A stretch of DNA of 64,000 bases, taken from the NCBI RefSeq assembly GCF_006345805.1, contig NC_043005.1, positions 78,244,001 through 78,308,000 of the forward strand, given 5' to 3'. The DNA is from Octopus sinensis (lineage: Eukaryota). Shown here piece by piece: positions 54,230 through 64,000 of this stretch (position 1 is its first letter; every line of letters begins with the position of its first letter). The notes under the pieces are model-generated. The model saw nothing but the letters and a program-made list of their open reading frames with translations, was not told the DNA's origin and made no database searches. Made by a program: the position numbers and the translations under genes.

Positions 54230-55190
54230 TGGTATGTATGTACGCATGTATGTACGTATGTATGTATGTATGTATGATGTACGTACGTATGTATGTATGT
54301 ATGTATGTATGTATGTATGTATGTATGTATGTACGTACGTACGTATTTATGTATGTATGTATGTATGCATGTATGCATGTATGTATGTATGTATGAATGT
54401 ATGTATGTATCAATGTATGTATGTATGCATGTACGTACGTATGTATGTATGTATGTATGTATGTATGTATGTATGTATGTATGTACGTATGTATGTATGT
54501 ATGTATGTATGATACGTAGTATGTATGTATGTATGTATGTATGTATGGTATGTATGGACGTACGTACGTACGTACGTACGTATGTATATGTATGTATGTA
54601 TGTATGTATGTATGCATGTATGTATGTATGCTGTATGAGAGTATGTATCTATGTATGTATGTATGTATGTATGATGTAGTATGTAGTTGTACACGTACGT
54701 ATTTATGTATGTATGTATGTATGTACGTACGTACGTATTTATGTATGTATGTATGTATGCATGTATGCATGTATGTATGTATGTATGAATGTATGTATGT
54801 ATCTATGTATGTATGTATGCATGTACGTACGTATGTATGTATGTATGTATGTATGTATGTATGTATGTATGTATGTACGTATGTATGTATGTATGTATAT
54901 ACGTATGTATGTATGTATGTACGTACGTACGTACGTATGTATGTATGTATGTATGTATGTATGTATGTATGCATGTATGTATGTATGCATGTATGTATGT
55001 ATGTATCTATGTATGTATGTATGTATGTATGTATGTATGCTTATGCATGTATGTATGTACGTACGTATGCATGTATGTATGTATGCATGTATGTATGTAT
55101 GTATGTATGCATGTACGTATGTATGTATGCATGCATGTACGTATGCATGTATGTATGTATGTATGTATGCATGTATGTATGTATGTATTT
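54230..55190. repeat. ~1 kb (TATG)n/(TACG)n microsatellite with internal block duplication
   Basis: Directly visible; the variant pattern at ~54335-54510 recurs at ~54725-54895. Confidence 0.95.
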
Positions 55191-55932
55191 GCGTGCATGC
55201 CAACGTGCATTTGCACATGCATACTTCTTAGTACGAAGTCTTATCGAAGGTAAGTATGTCTGATCCGCTGGTTTTACTTCAACAGCACGCTATGTACAAA
55301 TCGTTTAAGAAAACAACGCTGACAGAATGAATAGCTGAACGAACAAACGGGATTTAGCGAAGCGCTTAGGATTCGCTTTTGCTTGATTAGATTTCTTTCG
55401 CATCCGTCTCAAAGAAATTTTTCAATTTGTTGATAATTTGCTGTATTTCACAGTCTATAACGGATTGTTGTCGGCCATGGAATGATATCGAATTATTTTT
55501 CTTGGGTTTATTGAGTTTAAACGAATTCTATGATAAAAGTAAATTCAGTTTACGGTAGTTTATCGAATGTTTTTCTTTGAAATAATCCTTTTCGAATTTG
55601 GCACAATGCCTGATATGTTGGAAGAAGCGGGGGTTTGTCATTTACATCGATCAGTATTTGGGTGCTACTTCTTTTATTGGCCTCGAGGTATAAAAAAAAG
55701 GAAAGTGATGCTCAGCCGGATTTGAACTCAGCACGCAACGACACAGAAGAAATGCCGCTAAGAATTTTGTCCCAAGCACTAACGAGTCAGCCAGCTCACC
55801 GTCCAAATGATAATAATAATCCGTTCTACTATAAGTGTGTGTCTGTGTATCAATGAAATCCTTCATTGATATCCCAACACCTCAACTACTCGATTACCAA
55901 AGGGAATGAAGAAACGCAGCATTATAAATCGA

Positions 55933-56319
55933 CTAACAGTATCGCCCGGCGTTGCTCGGGTTTGTTTTGACCCTTTAGAATTGGAATTTTTGAAAAGTAA
56001 AAATTTTGCATTATGTAGCTCCTTATTCTTTTTAAGTGAACATTTTTCTGGTTGAAATACATCGAAAAATGGCGACACAGCAGTCAAAAAATCGTAAAAA
56101 ATAGGGATTTTCATAGAAAAAAAGCAGCTTTTTGATGTAAATAATTTTTGGTGTTAACATGGTCCGATTTGAATTTTTTTTTCTACGGAATGAAGAGCAA
56201 GCCTTTTTCTATCATACTCTCAATGTTAGTCAATTTGCGCCGCAGGGTCTCGGAGATGGTGTTAGTTGAAGGCTACCAAACCTGCCATACACAGACAACT
56301 TCAGTTTTATATATAGAGA
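55933..56319 (-). mobile_element. non-autonomous Helitron
   Basis: Minus strand starts A|TCtctatatataaaac and ends with the hairpin cccgagcaacgccggg, then gatactgTTAG|T (CTAG-like end, A/T insertion site). Confidence 0.75.
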
Positions 56320-56765
56320 TAAGTATTTCTTTTTTCGTTATTTCACAGAAAACGTTCGATAAAAATTTATGAAGGCAGCAAACTGGAAAAATCGTTGGCG
56401 CGTCGAACAAAATGTTTAGTGGCATTAGTGGCATTTGAAAACCCACCGAGGATGACTTTGATTTTTATCCTCTAGAGGGTCGAAGAAATAAGTACCAGTA
56501 AAGTACGGGAGTCGATGTAATTTATTCGCATTTTCCCCTACCAAGTCGATCACATGGCGAAATTGGTGTTCGTCTCCATTTTGGATTAAAACACCTATTT
56601 TAAGATATTAAGATATTTTCTTGACATGAAACCTATGGTAGCCTTAATACACAACTAAAGAATATCCATCAATACGGTGTTGAGCACTCGTTTTCATTGT
56701 TCAGCATTTACGTGTGTGTGTGTGTGTGTGTGTGTGTATTTATGTATGTATGTAATAATACTAAT

Positions 56766-56882
<117 letters not shown>

Positions 56883-56889
56883 AATAAAA

Positions 56890-56920
<31 letters not shown>

Positions 56921-56923
56921 TAA

Positions 56924-57446
56924 TGCCCTGATGCAGTACCAGACAGTGGCTCTCGAGGCTTCTGATCTTAACTGATTGGAAGTGTTATCATGTACATTGT
57001 TTTGTCTTGGTATAAAAGATGGGCTACAGCAAATATTCTGCTCAATACCACAGATTTGCTTGTCAGTTGTTTGACCTTAACCAGTTGAGCATGTCCCTTA
57101 GTGGCTGACGATATGTGCATCTCTGATCACGAGCAGAAGTAGTGGGGGAGCATCATAGCCATGTGTTGAGAGGGATTCTTTGGGGTTTGAATAATTCACC
57201 TCTGGAAACATGGGTGTTTCGTTCAACATCCTTAAACAACCCTTATTCAGGGACCTTTTGAGTGGGATGGGTCACTTGACCAGAAGAAAATTCTAACTGG
57301 GCCCCACCTGCAAGGTCATGTGTTGTTTATCTTCATATGAGATCACCATGTCGTGCACATATGGTTGTGAAAGTCATGATCGGTATACTGGGCTTCGTAT
57401 ATTTTACCCCAGTATCACTTTGATGGCATGCACTACTTTCTCACTC
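56924..57446 (+). mobile_element. TAA-flanked non-coding element, copy 3
   Basis: Same 5' end (tgccctgatgcagtacc) and 3' end (ctcactc-AAT repeats) as copy 1. Confidence 0.85.
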
Positions 57447-57507
<61 letters not shown>

Positions 57508-57781
57508 CCATGGATAGAATTTATAACTATTTTAATACATCGCTACGCGCGTTTCGATGGAGGTAAACACAGTCAGGATTGATATAAATATATTTACATG
57601 GAACGCGCACAAAAAAAAAAACACAAAATACAATAAGATGAAAATACATATTTCCTTCATTTTCATTCATATTTTATTCTGTAATTTTATACACATGTAA
57701 GATTTGAAGCGTCAGCAAACAGAATTCGGCGAACAAACAAACACATACGTTGTGTATATGCGACGGATAATTTTTTATAAT

Positions 57782-57855
<74 letters not shown>

Positions 57856-57858
<3 letters not shown>

Positions 57859-58798
57859 TGTATATGTACATGTAGAGGTAGGTACGTACATATATGTTTA
57901 TATATATATGCATATGTTCTATTTTATTAACATATTATACGACTAAACGCACGCACCCTATTAAGTAAGATTGTTCTGTTATCAGTTAGCCTTGATATTT
58001 AACTCTCACGCGACTCTGCATCTTTCTTTCTTTCTCTCCCATTCCTTTTTCGTCTTTTTTCCTCACTTAACTTGTCTCTTCCTCTCTCTCTCATTCTTCA
58101 TTCTACTCTCCCTTCACCATTCTTCATGGTCTCCTCGCACCATTCCCCTTCTTCTCTCTCTTCCTCTTGCTCCTCCTCCCCCATTCCCGTCATCCATCTG
58201 CGACGATACTTCCGTCGTAACTGATCTCTGTCTTTTCTCGCCCGCCTTGTAAGGCTTCTGGTCGACAAATTTTCCTCTCTCGTCTTCCACGATAATCCAG
58301 CGTTTGCAATACTTTTTCGTCTGGCGTATAACAGCCCTTCTTATCTTGTTCTCCTTGTCCTGTCTCTCACTGTTATATATTTATTTTTCCACTGTTTATT
58401 ATATATTTTTTACTGTTTATATGTTTGTACTGTCGTTACCGTCTTGCTTTTTTTTTTTTACCCCTCTGCGAAAAGATCTCAGAATTTTAATTGATTTGCT
58501 TTTCGCGGGAAGGAATTTTTTCTTCGAAGTATACGTCTCGCTTTTATCCTTCGAAACGTTTAGTAGATGAAATCTTAGCGACTGAAGAAGGGGATTTTTC
58601 GTTGTGCTTATTGTCCTGTATCTCTCCTTTTTTTGCTTGTCTTGTTCCTTGGTTTGTGTCTATGTGTTTCGTCTCTCTATGTGTTCGACGTCTTTTTGGT
58701 GTCCTGTACACATATATGCGTGATATGTACATGTAGAGGTAGGTACGTACATATATGTTTATATATATGCATATGTTCTATTTTATTAACATATATAT
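57856..58798. mobile_element. ~860-nt non-coding unit with ~80 bp terminal direct repeat inside (TA)n
   Basis: atatgtacatgtagaggtaggtacgtac..ttctattttattaacat at 57856-57938 and 58718-58798. Confidence 0.75.
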
Positions 58799-59334
58799 AC
58801 ATATATATATATATATATAATATATATTCATATTCTCCCTTCTCTGTTTTTTTCTTCTTCTTCTTCTTCATCATCATCATTATCATCATCATCGTCGTCA
58901 TCATCATCACCACCATCATCACCACCATCTTCTCCTTCTCCTTCTTCTTCTTCTTCTTCATCATCATCATCATCAACATCGCTATCTTCTTCTTCTACCT
59001 CTCCACCTTCCACCCCTTAACCTTGTCACTAATGTCTTTCAGTATACGCTACGCAAATTCCATAAACAATTCCTGAATTGAACTGCGACTACTGTCAGCC
59101 ACTGACCATTCAAAATACGACCATTAAGGCATTCCCAGATTCCCCACCCCCTCTCCACATCAGCCTCATTATTTTCGCCTATCCTACCAAGAACTCAAAA
59201 CGACCTCGAACACACAAGTGCAAACAAGGAGTCAGAGAAAGGCAGAATGCTACTTATATCTGAACACTACTACAGAAATATTCTTTTAAAAAAACTTTTC
59301 TTCTAATTTTCTAAATTTAATTATTTAATCGTTA

Positions 59335-59372
59335 CAGTTGAAAAGGTCTCAAAATGACCGAAACCGGTACTG
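59335..59372 (+). ncRNA. degenerate minimal hammerhead motif
   Basis: cag TTGAAAA ggtc-tcaaaat-gacc GAAA ccgg TA ctg, ~55 nt upstream of a (TA)n tract. Confidence 0.55.
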
Positions 59373-59425
59373 AAAGATTCACTATAAAATCATCTTAGCA
59401 TTTTCTATTTTTGACTTGTTTTTTC

Positions 59426-59476
<51 letters not shown>

Positions 59477-59872
59477 GGCGCAGGAGTGGCTGTGTGGTAA
59501 GTAGCTTGCTAAACAACCACATGGTTCCGGGTTCAGTCCCACTGCGTGGTACCTTGGCAAGTGTCTTCTGCTATAGCCCCGGGCCGACCAATGCCTTGTG
59601 AGTGGATTTGGTAGACGGAAACTGAAAGAAGCCTGTCGTATATATGTATATATATATATATGTATGTGTGTGTTTGTTTGTCTGTGTTTGTCCCCCTAGC
59701 ATTGCTTGACAACCGATGCTGGTGTGTTTACGTCCCCGTCACTTAGCGGTTCGGCAAAAGAGACTGGTAGAATAAGTACTGGGCTTACAAAGAATAAGTC
59801 CCGGGGTCGATTTGCTCAACTAAAGGCGGGGCTCCAGCATGGCCGCAGTCAAATGACTGAAACAAGTAAAAG
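59477..59872 (+). mobile_element. SINE family A, full length
   Basis: Matches family consensus. Confidence 0.9.
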
Positions 59873-60039
59873 AATATATAATTTGGTGCCAATGGTTTTT
59901 CTTATACGGCGCCGTTTTACAATCCTGTAAATAATAATAATGGTATTTTTATATAAGCTTCAAGCTTAAGGCGATCACCGTGCCAATGACTAAGGAAAAT
60001 AGTCTAATAGAAAGTTTGTTTACTCTTTTGCTCTCTGTT

Positions 60040-60438
60040 ACTCTTTTACTTGTTTCAGTCATTTGACTGTGGCTATGCTGGAGCACCACGTTAGTCGAGC
60101 AAATCCACCCCAGGACTTATTCTTTGTAAGCCTAGTACTTATTCTAGCGGTCTCTTTTTGCCGAACCGCTAAGTTACGGGGACGTAAACACACCAGTATC
60201 GGTTGTCAAGCGATGTTGGGGGGACAAACACAGACACACAAACATATACACACACACACACACTCACACACATATACATATATACGACGGGCTTCTTTCA
60301 GTTTCCGTCTACGAAATCCACTCACAAGGCTTTGGTCGGCCCGAGACTATAGTAGAAGACACTTGCCCAAGCTGCAACGCAGTGGGACTGAATCCGGAAC
60401 CATGTGGTTTGTAAGCTAGCTACTTATCACATAGCCAC
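60040..60438 (-). mobile_element. SINE family A
   Basis: Matches family consensus. Confidence 0.9.
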
Positions 60439-60659
60439 TACACAGACATATATACATACATACATACATGTGTGTGTTGACGTATGTATACGACGTATCT
60501 ACCAAATTCACTATTCGCTGACAAGGCATTGGACGGTCTAGGGCTACAGTAGAAGACACTTTTTCAAGGTGCCGCGCAGTGGGACAGAACCCGATACCAT
60601 GTGGTTGGAAAGCGAGCTTCTTAGTCACAAAGCCATACCACATTAAAAAAAAGAAAGAC

Positions 60660-61005
60660 AATCATCATCATCATCATCATTGTTCGACAATGGAATTTAC
60701 CATGCTACGCCAGACTTCACGGTCCATCATGGCATTTCAGAGGTCCTGTTGCTGGATGCCTGTATCCCTGGTGATTACATTAGGGTAGGAGAGTGTGCGC
60801 CCTCTGGTATTGTGAGTAGATGGCTTCCAGAGGAGAAGAGTAGAAATTACTTCTTTTTCAGCTCTACAACAATGTCCAGCAAACTGGACTCTCCTACCTT
60901 TCACAAGAGATGACACAGGTGGTAGTTTCCCATATATTTCCATTTTGGTTGGATGGCGCTTCCACGAGAGATTTTGAGCTCTCATAAGGAGGCGAGTGTA
61001 GACAA
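60660..61005 (-). mobile_element. RTE-clade LINE 3' fragment with (TGA)n tail
   Basis: ORF 60737-60985: MRAQNLSWKRHPTKMEIYGKLPPVSSLVKGRRVQFAGHCCR. Confidence 0.85.
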
Positions 61006-61317
61006 TAATAATAGAGTGTTAGTATTTCTATGGATCATAAAAATTTTGATTTAATGCCAAATATTTTGCAGGGAAGGCCAAAAGTACTTTATTAAGTGTA
61101 ATCAAAAGAAAATAAAGATGGTAATCGTTCTTTCAAACTCTGGCACAAGCCCAACAGATTTTGAGAGATGGGGCAAGGAGATTACATCGACCCCAGTATT
61201 TGACTGGTGCTTTAGTTTATTGGCTTCGAAAGAATGAAAAGCAAAGATGCGCTCGGTGGGATTTGAACTCAGAATGCAAATAGCAAATGCACGTAGGTAT
61301 GCATGCAAATACATACG

Positions 61318-61488
61318 TAGGAGTGGCTGTGTGGTAAGTAGCTTGTTTACCAACCACATGGTTCCGGGTTCAGTCCCACTGCGTGGCACCTTGAGCAAGT
61401 GTTTTCTACAATAGCCTCGGGCTGACCAAAGCTTTGTGAGTGGATTTGGTACACGGAAACTGAAAGAAGCTCGTCGTATATATGTATG

Positions 61489-61520
<32 letters not shown>

Positions 61521-61528
61521 TGCGTATA

Positions 61529-61569
<41 letters not shown>

Positions 61570-61765
61570 GTTTGTCCCCCCAACATCGCTTGACAACCCA
61601 TGCTGGTGTGTTTACGTCCCCGTAACTTAGCGGTTCGGCAAAAGAGACAGATAGAATAAGCTCTAGGCTTACAAAGAATAAGTCCTGGGGTCGATTTGCT
61701 CGACTAGAGGAGGTGCTCCAGCATGGCCACAGTCAAATGACTGAAACTAGTAAAAGAGTAAAAGA
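61318..61765 (+). mobile_element. SINE family A, apparently inserted into a family B copy (61130-61275 and 61766-61830)
   Basis: Matches family consensus; the flanks are two parts of a minus-strand family B SINE. Confidence 0.85.
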
Positions 61766-61864
61766 GCCGGAAGAAATGCCGCTAAGCATTTCGTCCGACG
61801 TGCTAACGAATCTATAGGCTCATCGCTTGAAGAGGGTAATAGTTGCTTGTAGGAGAATGAACAA

Positions 61865-62520
61865 ATCGATTACACTGACGTCCGTACATGACTGATACTT
61901 ATTTTATCGATCTAGAGAGAATGAAAGGGGAAGTGATCTCGCGGCATTTGATCTCAGAAGGTATGAACCGAAAGAAATACTGATTGGCTATTTGTCCAGC
62001 ACGCCAACGTTTCTGCCAGCTCACTGCTTTAGAAGCGTTGGGTAATAATTGTTTTCAAGAGAGTCAGTGATCCGCTTGCATCGATCCGAATATATGACTG
62101 GTACTTATTTTATCGATCTAGAAAGGATGGAAGGCAAAGTTGCTCTCGGCGACATTTCAACTCAGAAGTATAGAGCCGGAAAAAGTGCCGCAACGCATTT
62201 CTCAAGCACGCTAACTGTTCTTCCTGCTTGCCGCCTAAAATCTGTGTATTACCTATGATACATAGGACATACTTCTCAGTGGTCCCAGCATCATGTATAT
62301 TTCTTTACTGCCCACAAGGGGCGAACCATAGAGGGGACAAACAAGGACAGACAAACGGATTAAGTCAATTATATCGACCCCAGTGCGTAACTGGTACTTA
62401 ATTTATCGACCCCGAAAGGATGAAAGGCAAAGCGGAATTTGAACTCAGAACGTAACGAAAGACGAACTACCGCTAAGCATCTCGCCCGGTGTGCTAACGT
62501 TTCTGCCAGCTCGCCGCTTT
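61865..62520 (-). mobile_element. cluster of three family B SINEs
   Basis: Copies at ~61865-62030, 62085-62235 and 62300-62520. Confidence 0.8.
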
Positions 62521-63020
62521 ATAATTCATATATAATTCATAACGTATTAAACAAGAGCTTACTAAAGGTCTAACAACAAGCATAGACTATTTGCCAAACT
62601 TACGAGATTGCTTTGGACGAGCAAAAGATTTTAGGCAAAAAGGATATTTAATGAAAATTTCGTAACACACATCCTTCATTCGATTTCATTCTCACTTTGG
62701 TTGATTGTGTGCAGATAATCTAAATTAAAATCCCGAGAAACAAATCCAGTTAGTTTCGCTCATAAGTCTTGAGACATTCTCGATTTTTGCTCAATATATG
62801 TACGAAAGCATTAGAGATGCATTTCACTGAATATGTTGTTGGGAAGGGCAAAGACTGTTTCTGGGTCTCGATATTACATTACTATTATTCTCAGCAACTG
62901 AATAGTCAAATGTCAGTAATTCTATTCTCCCAAGCGTGATTTATTTCTGAAGCAGCAGTTTTTAGTAAAATGTTGAAATAGTTGTGTATTTTGGTATTTT
63001 ATTTAGTACATACGTGCACG

Positions 63021-63075
<55 letters not shown>

Positions 63076-63122
63076 ACACACACACACACACAAAATATAT
63101 ATACGTATAATACATACATATT

Positions 63123-63156
<34 letters not shown>

Positions 63157-63158
<2 letters not shown>

Positions 63159-63546
63159 TTTTACTCTTTTACTTGTTTCAGTCATTTGACTGCGGACATG
63201 CTGGAGCACCGCCTTTAGTCAAGCAAATCGACCCCAGGACTTATTCTTTGGAAGCCTAGTACTTATTCTATCGATCTCTTTGCTGAACCGCTAAGTTACG
63301 GGGACGTAAACACACCACCATCGGTTGTCAAGCGATGTTGGGGGGAAAAACACAGACATACAAACACACATATATATACATACACATATGTACAACGGGA
63401 TTCTTTCGGTTTCCGTCTATCAAATCCACTCACCAGGCTTTGGTCGGCCCGGGGCTATAGTAGAAGAAACTTGGCCAAGGTACCACGCAGTGGGACTGAA
63501 CCCGGAACCATGTGGTTGGTAAGCCAGCTACTTACCACACAGCCTT
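63157..63546 (-). mobile_element. SINE family A
   Basis: Matches family consensus. Confidence 0.9.
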
Positions 63547-63610
63547 GCCTCTATGTATATGTAGGTGTGTATACATACATATATGTATGTCGTAAGTATG
63601 TACATATATA

Positions 63611-64000
63611 CGAGGGACGTTCAATATGTAATGCCCCTGACCCAGTTGCAGTTGCTTGATCTAGCTGAAATTTTGCATGTGCAATTATTTATATCTCTAT
63701 AGATTAAGTGGCAAACTACAGCTCTTAACTAATTGTGGTTTCTGATTTACAGGTATTTGAACTGAGTCAAGTGTGAAATGGAGCCTGTTGAGTGTCGAGC
63801 AATGATCCGGTTTTTGTATTTGAAAGGACGCAAACCACGGGAGACTTTTGATGAAATTAAAGTAACTTATGGTGATGATGCCCCATCATATGACCTTGTA
63901 AAACGTTGGCATCGTGAATTCAAACATGGTCGGAACTTTGTGGAAACAGCTCCCAGATCTGGTCGCCACCCCCTTCTGCCATTGATGAGGCATCTGTCCG
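63611..64000 (+). mobile_element. mariner DNA transposon, left end (runs off the window)
   Basis: TA-cgagggacgttcaa TIR. ATG at 63778 opens MEPVECRAMIRFLYLKGRKPRETFDEIKVTYGDDAPSYDLVKRWHREFKHGRNFVETAPRSGR, a mariner HTH region. Confidence 0.9.

Noticed and set aside
54230-55190. Long repeat array with 244-251 aa ORFs
   Set aside because: A tetranucleotide microsatellite with no repeat-spacer structure, so it is neither CRISPR nor coding.
57538-57720. GAAA-cgcgcg-TA on the minus strand with a distant CTGACGC
   Set aside because: Stem I does not pair and the spacing is ~150 nt, which is too weak to call.

Overview
Repeat-dominated, gene-poor animal genomic DNA. The SINE, LINE and microsatellite content resembles a coleoid cephalopod such as Octopus; this is an inference, not a database result. 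No intact host protein-coding gene is supported, and most listed ORFs are translated microsatellites. The window holds (TA)n, (TATC)n, (TATG)n, (TAA)n and (GAA)n arrays, three tRNA-derived SINE families in many copies, and R4/Dong-like LINE remnants sitting in TAA tracts. It also holds RTE remnants, Penelope-like element (PLE) remnants (RT plus GIY-YIG), mariner fragments, Tc1/mariner/pogo MITEs, a non-autonomous Helitron, a ~1.3 kb tandem duplication and a 100-N gap. The most striking signal lies outside the ORF track: 15 or more intact or degenerate hammerhead-ribozyme (HHR) motifs (CUGANGA...GAAA, palindromic stem III, UH) from several sequence families. Six fold-back (inverted-repeat) elements of 0.13-1.5 kb carry them, five as divergent head-to-head HHR pairs. 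These elements sit in or beside TA-rich microsatellites, and several have very long stem II inserts. All folds were assigned by eye, and repeat boundaries are approximate.
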